Assembly (NCBI RefSeq): GCF_009914755.1
Contig: NC_060935.1
Strand: one strand, 5' to 3'
Source of the DNA: the human T2T-CHM13v2.0 reference genome, Homo sapiens
DNA: 64,000 bases
In this document: one piece after another, positions 53,701 to 63,293 of the stretch
How the letters are laid out: each line of letters begins with the position of its first letter
Numbering within the stretch: the first letter of the stretch is position 1
Made by a program: the position numbers and the translations under genes
The notes under the pieces: generated by a model
What the model saw: the letters and a program-made list of their open reading frames with translations, nothing else
Told to the model about the DNA's origin: nothing
Database searches by the model: none

Positions 53701-56700
53701 GTAGATATGGCTAGGAGTGTGTGCATGAGTTTGTGGGGGTACAGGTGAGTCAGTGTCTGAACATGAGTATGTGACCATGTGTATTTCAGGGGCAGGGTAG
53801 ACTTCTCCTCATTCATCCCTTCTTCTTCTCTCCTTGGCCCAGGCATCTCCAGCAGCATGAGCTTTGACGAGGATGAGGAGGATGAGGAGGAGAATAGCTC
53901 CAGCTCCTCCCAGCTAAATAGTAACACCCGCCCCAGCTCTGCTACTAGCAGGAAGTCCGTCAGGGTGAGTGAGTGAGTCTGCATCCACAGCAGTTTTTGG
54001 AGGACTGCTCATCCGTTAGAGGTGGACTGCATGTGAAGAGATGGACTCGTATGCCTTTAGGAGCTTCTCTGCTGGCCTCTTATGTCCCTCTACCTTGCCT
54101 CCTAACCTCTTCAGCTAGGCCAGCAGGGTGATGTATGGGGGGAGATGCAGTTGGACAGGATGACCTCTGAGGACCTCCCGTATCTCCCATCTCCACCTCT
54201 AGGAACTGTTGAGGGCAGGGCTGGGAAGATAGCTTCTGACCCCAGGCCCAGGCTGGCCAGGCCCCAATCCCAGGATCCTTCCCTCTCTCCCACCGCCACG
54301 TTAGGAGGCAGATTTGGATCCCAGACCACCAATTTGGGCTGCTTAGGGTCCTTGGGGCTCAGGCACCTATTCTGCATCCCCATAGGAGGCAGCCTCAGCC
54401 CCTAGCCCAACAGCTCCAGAGCAACCAGTGGACGTTGAGGTCCAGGATCTTGAGGAGTTTGCACTGAGGCCGGCCCCCCAGGGTATCACCATCAAATGCC
54501 GCATCACTCGGGACAAGAAAGGGATGGACCGGGGCATGTACCCCACCTACTTTCTGCACCTGGACCGTGAGGATGGGAAGAAGGTAAGGTTGGTCTGGGC
54601 ATGTTATCATCTAGGCTTTACAGCCCTTTGAAATCCTAGGGGCTGAAATGTGACTGGAAGTCTCATATCTACCGCTGACCTCTCAGTTCCTCAAAGAAAC
54701 TGCCTTCGTGTCTGGTCTGTGCACATCTTTGTGTTTTCCAGTGCATTTGTGTGTGTGCACATATGTGCGTTTGGGAGCTGACGCAACGGAGAGAGTCTGT
54801 GTGAGTGGCTCTCATGACTGTGTGCAGACCAGAGGCTGAGTCTGGAATATGACCTCATTCCACTCCCCAAGGTGTTCCTCCTGGCGGGAAGGAAGAGAAA
54901 GAAGAGTAAAACTTCCAATTACCTCATCTCTGTGGACCCAACAGACTTGTCTCGAGGAGGGGACAGCTATATCGGGAAACTGCGGTACTAGCATTCCCCC
55001 AGGAAGCAGGCGGGAGTGGGAGGGAGGGGCAGGGGCAAGCTGTCTGTAGAGGGCCTGAATCTTCCTGAAGGAGATCTAGGCCAGGGATGGATACTCTCCC
55101 AGGATCCTCTCTGATAATCACATCCAACTGGAGGCCTATGTCTATGCCAGCCTAGAGCCAGACTTGGAGATGGGACTCACACACCCGACCCCAAGCTGTT
55201 CCCAGGAGGTGGGTGCAGGCCCACCAAGAGTGATGGATCCAACCCCAGGGTGTCACTGATAACGCAGGCCACCATGGAAGAGTTGCCTTGGCTCCATGGT
55301 CAATGCCAAGGGACAGGGCTGAGAGTGAGCTCTTGAGGGAAGAGACACACAGCAATCTTGGGGGTGGGGGGCAGTGGTGAAGGGGCAGGAAGGCTCTGAG
55401 CCTAGGCCTCCAGGTGGGGGCAGTGGGGAGGTAGGGTTTGCTGAGGAACTGAGTACCAGATTTGGGGAGCATAAATAAAGATGAGAGGTCAGGAGCTAAA
55501 GCTGGAGATGGGGCTGGACTGAGACTTAGGCTGGCTGCGACAGAGGAGATCTCATCCTCTCTCCACGGGTGCTAAGCCTCTTCCACTGTCTTATCAGATG
55601 CCATTCTGTTTGCTCACCTCCCATGAGGAGAACTCCCATGTTCCCCCAGATAAATCTTCTGAAGAATCCTGATTGACCTCCCTGAATTGCTCTCACTGAA
55701 CTGAAATGCACTTTGAGTCAACTCAGAGCAAGTCCAGGCCTTCTGCCCACGAAGTGTCTTCAAAGATGTGGATTCAGTGAGCAGTATGCCTCCCTGGGCC
55801 TGCTCCTGTTCCAGCCCAGAATGTTTTGCAGGCTCCTCATAGGACAGACGATGAGCTGTTCCCTGCTCTGGGGCAGAGGGTGCATGACTCTATACTGATT
55901 GTGCCTTTATTTCAGGTCCAACTTGATGGGCACCAAGTTCACTGTTTATGACAATGGAGTCAACCCTCAGAAGGCCTCATCCTCCACTTTGGAAAGTGGA
56001 ACCTTACGTCAGGAGCTGGCAGCTGTGTGCTACGTGAGTCCTAGGTTCGGGGGTCTCTGATTTCCAAGGTAGATATGAAATCCAGGACTTGATGCCTGAT
56101 CTAGGGGCTATCCCATCCATCTTAGTGGGTAGACAAGGCTGTGTGGAGAGGGGCTGTCCTCTGTGGAGTGTTCCTGGCCTAGGACAGGGGCTCTGGCTCT
56201 CTCCTCCTGACCTCAGAGCTCACACCACAGCCGGCCATCTGCTTGGGGAGCTCAGAAAACCAGGCCTGGCTCTCTGCAGTCCAGGCCAGGAGTCTCTTAG
56301 ACAGAAGGAGACGGTCGCCCTGGGTTCTTGTCTGTGCATTTCCCAGATCATCCCTCTGGCATGCCAGGTTCTACATGGATTACACGGCACTTTGTCATCT
56401 CACTGAACGTTCAACCTAAGAGGTAGATCCTATTTTCTTTATAGATGAGGAAACTGAAGCTCAGCTGCAGATGTCACACAGCTCAAAAACGACCAAACTG
56501 GAATATAAATATAGGGGATTACTCTACCCCTTTGAACCTTTTTCTTCATTTTTAAAATCAGGGGTGGGTATCTCATCAACCTGGGCATGGGCACTTCTTG
56601 GAGGCCATCAGTAAGTAATCCACAGCTACTTTGTATGATCCTGTGATGCCACCTGCTGACCAGTTTTGGGGAGGCAGCCTGAGTCTTCAAGTTCTTACTG

Positions 56701-58777
56701 AGCTCCAACTAAGCATACTGTTTGAGGCACTAAGGATATAGTAATGAACAGACATAAATGTATACCTTTATGGGACTTAAAGCCCTAGCAGGGCAGACAA
56801 GCTATGAAACAGATCTATCAGTGAAGTAAGTATGTTCTTTATAAACACTAAGAAGAAAAAGTAGGGGAGGGGAGATAAGAAATGTCAAGGTATGTGTGAG
56901 AATTTCAGAACGGCAGGGAGGGCGTCACTGAGGTAGCTCTTGAGTAAAGACCAGAAGGAAGTGAAAAACAGCAGTGTACGTGTCTAGGGGACACAGTGAG
57001 GACAAAAGTCCTGAATGCCTGGCATGAAGAAGGAATGGAGTGGACACCAGGCAGTAAATGGTGAGGAGAGGAAGGTCATGGGGCCACGTGCAGGTGAAGT
57101 CACATCTCCAGCTTTAACTTGGAGTGAGCTGGAGAGCCACTGGAGAGTTCTGAGCAGAGGAGAAAGATCATCTGACTTAATGTGCCTGAGCACTGGCTGC
57201 TGTGTTGAGAACAGATGGTGGGAAGGAGGAATAGGAGGGCCAACAACAGAAACCAGGAGTCCAGGTAAAGGCTGTTAGAATGATCTTGGTGAGAGAAGCT
57301 AGTGGTGAAAAGTGGTGGAAGTCTGGGTATAATTGGAAGGTGGAGCTGACAGAAACTGCTGATGGATTAGACGTAGGATGTAGAAGAGAGGACTCGAGTG
57401 TGACCAAGTAGTTTGCCGGAGCGAGTGGAAGAACAGCATTGCCGTGAGCAGAAGCAAGGATGACGCATAAGAGGAGCTAGTTCTGGCAGGGTAGAGACCC
57501 AGGGGCTCAGTTCTGGCCGTGTTAGGTTTAGAGGGATGTGTGTTAGACTTCGGAGTGGAGATGGTGGGAACTAGCTCTTCCTCTTTATTCCCGTCCCCCC
57601 CACCTTCTCCAGTAGGTAAATAGACGCCTCAGGTGGCCAGTGTTGCGTTCTCTTTCCCAGGAGACAAACGTCTTAGGCTTCAAGGGGCCTCGGAAGATGA
57701 GCGTGATTGTCCCAGGCATGAACATGGTTCATGAGAGAGTCTCTATCCGCCCCCGCAACGTGAGTGTCTACCCCTTCCTCCCCTCTTTCCCCATCATCCT
57801 AGTCTCTGCATGAGCTTCTAAGGGCAGAACTCCAGCTGGTGTGTATATGTGGAGGGGTACCATGTGAGAAAGCCCTGGAGGTCTAGGGAAATCCAAGGAC
57901 CCCCATTCCCGGGATAGATCCCTTTCTGGGGTGGTCATGGTGCCAAAGGCCTGGGCCTGGCTCAGGTGAGGCTGCCCTCCCAGGAGCATGAGACACTGCT
58001 AGCACGCTGGCAGAATAAGAACACGGAGAGTATCATCGAGCTGCAAAACAAGACACCTGTCTGGAATGATGACACACAGTCCTATGTACTCAACTTCCAT
58101 GGGCGCGTCACACAGGCCTCCGTGAAGAACTTCCAGATCATCCATGGCAATGACCGTGAGTGTTTCTGTCCCTACTCATTATGGTCCGTAGGATACCCAA
58201 GGCCCTTAGCGTAGGGTTCAGCCCACCTAGCCCTGCCTACACTGGCTAGAGTTTAAGAATGTGAGCTATACAGCTAAGGTTAGATGTATGGAACTTTCTA
58301 ACCCTAATGACTGGGAGGTCCTGGAAGAACCTTCTTTGCAGCCCTGGTCCTAGATTCTGTGTATTCAACGGAGTCTCAGGCACGGGAACACCCTTTAAAA
58401 GGACTTTTCCTCTTTTCTGTCCCCTGGTGTTCACATGCATCTTACTTTGTCCTTTGCCATCTGCCACCTCTTTCCTGCCACTTCTCCCAATTGGCCTTTG
58501 TTTTACTTCCCTTTGTGATTCCCCTGGCATCTCTGCTTCTCACTTGTTCTTCCCTCATGTGGTTTGGGTGTCTGTCTATCCTTCCCTGGCTCTACCATTC
58601 CTGTCCTGTCCTTTTCTCTGTCTGTGCCTGTGCTTGGCCCCAGCGGACTACATCGTGATGCAGTTTGGCCGGGTAGCAGAGGATGTGTTCACCATGGATT
58701 ACAACTACCCGCTGTGTGCACTGCAGGCCTTTGCCATTGCCCTGTCCAGCTTCGACAGCAAGCTGGCGTGCGAGTAG
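38669..58777 (+). CDS. TUB: TUB tubby protein homolog, 12 coding exons, 506 aa (whole spliced CDS span)
   Basis: Exon lengths 38+52+163+144+168+122+198+113+118+99+172+134 = 1521 nt. All introns are GT-AG with consistent phases. The translation is the recognisable tubby protein ending ...[18 protein letters not shown]. Confidence 0.98.
39616..39675. promoter_or_regulatory. RFX X-box pair flanking an inverted CCAAT box
   Basis: ATCGCCATGGCAGC 39616-39629, ATTGG 39649-39653, GTTGCCATGGGCTAC 39661-39675. Confidence 0.6.
46768..46819 (+). CDS. TUB: TUB exon 2 ([17 protein letters not shown])
   Basis: Acceptor tctgcag|T, donor CAG|GTGAGT; 52 nt. Confidence 0.97.
47227..47389 (+). CDS. TUB: TUB exon 3 ([19 protein letters not shown]...STSYQ)
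   Basis: Acceptor ccatag|CGG, donor AAG|GTATAC; includes the basic KQKKKR cluster and in-frame Met47 at 47275. Confidence 0.96.
48550..48760 (-). mobile_element. MIR
   Basis: ttcatcctcaca...agtgacctgctcatag...gaatttgaacccag. Confidence 0.7.
49323..49566 (+). mobile_element. AluJ with internal deletions
   Basis: TSD aaaagacagtttctg 49308 / aaaagatagtttctg 49567. Confidence 0.88.
50100..50640 (-). mobile_element. L2 3' end
   Basis: cattcattcagttcttaaatatttattgag is an antisense L2 tail. Confidence 0.75.
51204..51347 (+). CDS. TUB: TUB exon 4 ([13 protein letters not shown]...RKEKKGKHK)
   Basis: Acceptor gagcag|TT, donor AAG|GTCAGC; 144 nt, phase 1-1. Confidence 0.95.
52656..52823 (+). CDS. 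TUB: TUB exon 5 ([12 protein letters not shown]...ATMQRK)
   Basis: Acceptor ctgcag|GC, donor AGG|GTGAGC; 168 nt, phase 1-1. Confidence 0.95.
53843..53964 (+). CDS. TUB: TUB exon 6 ([23 protein letters not shown]...RKSVR)
   Basis: Acceptor ggcccag|GC, donor AGG|GTGAGT; acidic/Ser-rich patch. Confidence 0.97.
54386..54583 (+). CDS. TUB: TUB exon 7 (EAASAPSP...start of tubby domain...DREDGKK)
   Basis: Acceptor ccatag|GAG, donor AAG|GTAAGG; motif [31 protein letters not shown]. Confidence 0.97.
54872..54984 (+). CDS. TUB: TUB exon 8 ([20 protein letters not shown]...YIGKLR)
   Basis: Acceptor ccccaag|GTG, donor GCG|GTACTA; carries the PI(4,5)P2-binding K-x-R (K331/R333 here; the R codon is split by the intron). 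Confidence 0.97.
55916..56033 (+). CDS. TUB: TUB exon 9 ([14 protein letters not shown]...ELAAVCY)
   Basis: Acceptor tttcag|G, donor TAC|GTGAGT. Confidence 0.97.
56390..57560 (-). mobile_element. MIR (56390-56500) and L2 (56700-57560) in intron 9
   Basis: atagatgaggaaactgaagc; gagccactggagagttctgagcagagg. Confidence 0.7.
57661..57759 (+). CDS. TUB: TUB exon 10 ([19 protein letters not shown]...RPRN)
   Basis: Acceptor tttcccag|GAG, donor AAC|GTGAGT. Confidence 0.97.
57984..58155 (+). CDS. TUB: TUB exon 11 ([12 protein letters not shown]...[22 protein letters not shown])
   Basis: Acceptor ctcccag|GAG, donor ACC|GTGAGT; tubby signature [14 protein letters not shown]. Confidence 0.98.
58644..58777 (+). 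CDS. TUB: TUB exon 12 coding part ([11 protein letters not shown]...SKLACE*)
   Basis: Acceptor ccccag|CG; tubby C-terminal signature [16 protein letters not shown] then TAG. Confidence 0.98.
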
Positions 58778-61579
58778 AGGCCTCTTCGTGCCCTTTGGGG
58801 TTGCCCAGCCTGGAGCGGAGCTTGCCTGCCTGCCTGTGGAGACAGCCCTGCCTATCCTCTGTATATAGGCCTTCCGCCAGATGAAGCTTTGGCCCTCAGT
58901 GGGCTCCCTGGCCCAGCCAGCCAGGAACTGGCTCCTTTGCCTCTGCTACTGAGGCAGGGGAGTAGTGGAGAGCGGGTGGGTGGGTGTGAAGGGATGAGAA
59001 TAATTCTTTCCATGCCACGAGATCAACACACACTCCCACCCTTGGGGTAGTAGTGTGTTGTAGTCGTACTTACCAAGCTGAGCAACCTCTTCAGCTGGGA
59101 AGGCCGCAAGAGGCATAGAGGGAGAGGAAGCACACTGCAGGGCTGCTGTGGCCCAGTCGTCCGCTCAGCCAAGGAGTCAGATGGCAATGGGTACTCCAGC
59201 AGGTAGGGGCACAGTGAATGTGTGTATGTATGAAGGCCACATCAACTTTATGTAGCAAAGGGCTTGGTGGCCAAGCCTGGCCCTTAAACAACTGCAGAAA
59301 GCCCTTCAACTTCAGAAGGCCTCACTCAAGCCTGAGAGAAGTTGGGAGGGTGGTGGGGACAGGTAAGTGGCAGGACCCTGTCAGGATTGCAGGTGCCTGG
59401 CTTGCTGTGGCTATGGGAATCAGCTGGTGGCTAGGTTTCTAGCGCATTTGATTTCTCCAGGTTTGCTGTGTCTCACAGAGGCAGTAGGAACCCAGCTCTC
59501 AGGGCTGTCTTGGTGGATGGGCCCTGCAAGACACAGGCTCAGCATGCAGAAGTGCATGAACAGGGTCCCTGGATCAGGGTTGTTCTGGGAGTCCTGTCAG
59601 CTTCCCCAGGAGCTCTCTGCTGAGCAGCCCAGCACAACCCCCAGGAAACACAAATGGGGTCCAGGTCACCAGCCTGACTGCACACAGCTAGGCATGCCTG
59701 GGAATCCTGCTGCCAGAGAACCATTCCCAAGCCATGGCATGCTCCTTGAAGAATCTCTCCTCTCTCTCTCTCTCTGGAAAGACCCAACTTTCTCACTGCT
59801 GTCAGCCAAGTCATGGTTGGTAACCATGTAGGTTCTTGGGAGGGAATGGGACAGGGTGAATAAAGCAGGGAATATTTTAGAACCACAAGAGATCAGCAGT
59901 GGCAGGACCCTTAGGAATCTAGTACAACCTTGTTGCTTTAGGTGAGTCACACTCAGAAAATGGGGCTTGCCCTGGGTCACCTAGCTGGTTAATGGCAGCA
60001 TTCAGAACTTCAAGTTCTCTTGATTTCTTTGTTCCCACTGTCCCCCAAGAAACTAGTATCTCTGGCCTCCTGGGGCCCATTCTGCATGCCCTCCCCACTT
60101 CCCCCGATTCAGAGACTTAGAAGCATCAGAGTTGATAAATTAGATTGAAACCATTCCAGTAGGAAATCAGGCAGTTCCCTGTTGAAAGTTGTCTGGCTTT
60201 TTGCACGTGAGTATGATCCAGGATTGGCCTGTGTCTGGCCCCTCCGCGAGGGCTACTCAGCAGTAAGCAGGCCTTAGTACGGCTGCTGCACACTTCTCGG
60301 TCTAGGTGGGAGAGAGTGCATAAAGGTTCTGGGGCTGGGCCTGAGCCTAACTCCCTCCACTACCGCTATTTCTCCTTGGATGGCACCATCCACCCTGCAG
60401 GCTTGGGAACTGTAAGCTCAAGCTTTTGCTCATTTGTCATTTACCCTGGTGGAGGCTTCTTGCCCAGATAGAGATCTGAAATTGGTGGGAAGCAAGCAGG
60501 GGTCGTACCTTGCTTTAGAGTAGATGTTTGGAAAAGCTAAGTAGAAATTTTTTAAAATAGAAGTTGTATTTTAAACGTGTTAGGCTTTATAGGTGAAGGA
60601 CTTGTTTTGACTTAAGTAGAAGTAATATGCTCTCATTTCTTTGTAATCTAGATTTTCCTATGTTGAATGCTTAAAGCAAGGCATACCTGTCCTAGCAGGA
60701 TCTGCCCACACCTCGGCCGTACATCTCTGTGAGAGACCCCCTCCAACGATTAGCTTTTGCAACATGGTCCAGTTTCTAGAGGGCACTAGAACTTTGTGCC
60801 AGCGCTGGCGAGATACCATGGTGCCATCCTCCTTTCTATAGTTCCAGTTTAGCCCTTCCCTGCCTTTAAGGAGAAGAGATCTTCATGGTGACATTTGAGA
60901 TGAGGGAAACTAGATCGTCTCTAATGTTAGGTCAAGCTATTTCTCTGGATCTATGATTTTAAGATAGAACAGGCTGGTTCTGAGTTCTGGTGAGACGGAG
61001 ACCCCGGTGGCAGTGGAAAAATCAGAAGCACAAAGGAAAACTCTTGGCCTCTGCTTTCTCCTGTAGCACAAAGAGGGAGTTGGCTGGATCTTTTGGTGGA
61101 GTCAGGAAAGACAGGCTGAGCTTTCTAGCCTAAGTGTGGAGAAGGATAGCCTCAGCCACAAAACTCTGTCAGGCATTGAATGACAAGCATCAGTAGCTGA
61201 GTGCACTCCTGGTGATCCTGGTTTTCCTTGACCACTGGCCCTGGGGCCATGGGTGCATGGACTCGTAAAGCTGCTAGGGCCCCTAGAAACCACCTGGGTT
61301 CAGCCTCTCCCACAATAAGAGTTCTTGCCCTTCATACCCTCTACCTGGATGGATGGTCTTTGGGCAGGGAATTAATGACAGAATGAGCAGTCCCTAATGG
61401 TATTGGGCAGTTGGGAGTGAGTTTAGGCAGCTTCTCTGTAACCGCTTCTGGGGCCACACCCCAAAACTCTACACCCTCTGCCCCAGAACAATTCTGCAGA
61501 GTGGTGAAGTTCACTTCCCCAACTCTTCTCCAAGTCTAGCTTTCCTTTCCTTCTGGCTCCAAGGTGCTCTGTGTCCGTC

Positions 61580-61610
61580 TGTGTATGTGTGTGTCTGTGC
61601 GTCTGTGTGT
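61580..61610. repeat. Imperfect (TG)n in the 3' UTR
   Basis: Read directly. Confidence 0.8.
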
Positions 61611-62602
61611 TTATTTGGGGAAAAGGGCAATCAGCAATCAACTGAGGTTTCTTAATTGTGATTATATTCCTGAGAATGAATGAGTAGGAAAGGAATAAGG
61701 ATGTTGTTATGATCGCCTGTGGATTTTGTCCATTCATCTCATGCTCTCTGAACAGAAGGTATACCTGGGAAGATACCAGCTTTTTCTCTCAGGGTTCTGA
61801 GTCAGAGGACACCATCCAAGAATGTTGTTAGCTTTTCAGTTCCCACTCTGCATTGCCTGAAAAAACTGGTATGTTGCACGTATGCTTTTGGTTGAAATTG
61901 AACATACTCTAGTGAATGTGCCTTAAAAATCAAGACACTAGTTCAGAGGAAGCACATAATGTCCAGATCTATGGCGAACACAGGTGTTGGAAGCCAGGAC
62001 TGTGATAATCAGAAGCTATAAGAGAACTTTCGGAGCCTGCCTCCTTCAGTGACAAGTAGGGCACAAAATTCTAGAAGCAGAAGGTTTTTTTTTTTTTTTT
62101 TCCTCCATTCTGAAAATAGCAGGACATTTACCTCTTAAATAAACTTAGCATTTAGAGGTAATTCTAAATTTAACAAGTGACAGGGTTGGTTTCAAAGAAA
62201 AAGGTCCATGCTTTGCTTACAATGGAGTCTGCAGTGAGGGGAGATGCTGGGATAGCCATTTCCATGGCTCTGTTATGCAAGCACAAATTTCATCTCCTAG
62301 ATGGACTTCCTGGTTTTCTCTTACTGCAGTAACACTGGCCTTCCCTTCTCTAATTCCTTACCCCAGCTGCGGCATCCCTGTGTTAACTCAGGATGCCAAG
62401 TGGCCCTCAGATTACACTTCTCCAGATAGCTGAATGAGTCTGCTTTCACTGTGACTGGGACCTGAATGACCTGCAGTCAGGGCCCAGAGTTGGGACTCTA
62501 TACTACCCTGGGCTCTGGTCTGTAGGTTTGTAGTAGCCACCGGTAATAAGCCAAGGGCTAGGCTCTTGTTTGAGTTTATGGCCACCTGGAATTTTCAGTC
62601 AT

Positions 62603-62622
62603 CTCATGATACCTCATGATAC
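62603..62622. repeat. Perfect 10-bp tandem duplication (ctcatgatac)x2
   Basis: Read directly. Confidence 0.95.
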
Positions 62623-62709
62623 AGGCGGGAGGGGCAGAACAGATAGATTACGACAGGTTTGGTTTTTAAATTTTCCAACCAAGTGGAAAGGCAAGTTGGT
62701 CTTATAGAA

Positions 62710-62835
62710 AGCACTACTGCACTTAGTAGCTATGTGATTTTGAGCAAACCACATAATCTCTCTAGGTCCATTTTCCTAACCACAAGATAAAGATGTTACA
62801 TTGTCAAAGCTTGCCGTAGGATTTGGGGTGAATGA
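62710..62835 (+). mobile_element. MIR fragment in the 3' UTR
   Basis: cacttagtagctatgtgattttgagcaa...ctctctaggtccattttcct. Confidence 0.6.
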
Positions 62836-62851
62836 AAATTATTCCTTGCTT

Positions 62852-62899
62852 TCATCACTACCTTTATAGCTCTCATCACTACCTTTATAGCTCATCACT
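62852..62899. repeat. Perfect 21-bp tandem duplication (tcatcactacctttatagctc)x2 plus partial
   Basis: 62852-62872 = 62873-62893. Confidence 0.95.
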
Positions 62900-63184
62900 G
62901 TGCCTTTTTTTCTTTCCTAAGAAAGACATCACATCCCTCTCCTCTCCTCCTCTGTGCTCCTGTCCCTCCCTCCCCCTAGCAAGGTCCAGGCAAAGCTGGA
63001 GATGAGGCTGAGATCCAGAGTTTCCTAGAACGCAACTTAGGATGGCTAGGAAAGGGAAGCCTGACTGCTCGGTCAGGAGGGTGCAGTATCTCTTGCTGGG
63101 AACACAGCCAGTTTTCACAATGCCTAGACTGTGTATGTCTATTTGCACAAGATTGTCTTTTCCTATTTTGGAGTGGTCAGACAT

Positions 63185-63293
63185 TTTATTTTTGTTCAAG
63201 ATTATCTGGCGTTTTAGACAAATTTGCAAAACTGTGCTTTTATTGACTTTTTGAATAAACTTTGGTATTCTGGAGCAAATGTATTTATTTATT
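63185..63293 (-). terminator. Minus-strand poly(A) signals (TTTATT on + at 63185, 63239, 63284, 63288), probably the RIC3 3' end
   Basis: Four reverse-strand AATAAA seen directly; assignment to RIC3 rests on recalled tail-to-tail TUB/RIC3 arrangement. Confidence 0.55.

Noticed and set aside
54383-57986. NAGNAG acceptors at exons 7, 10 and 11 (TAGGAG, CAGGAG)
   Set aside because: The alternative site is GAG, which is rarely used; they arise simply because these exons start with Glu
58307-58643. Hydrophobic 112-aa in-frame extension upstream of exon 12 that looks transmembrane
   Set aside because: A pyrimidine-rich intron translates to F/L/S/P/C by composition; no evidence of independent initiation
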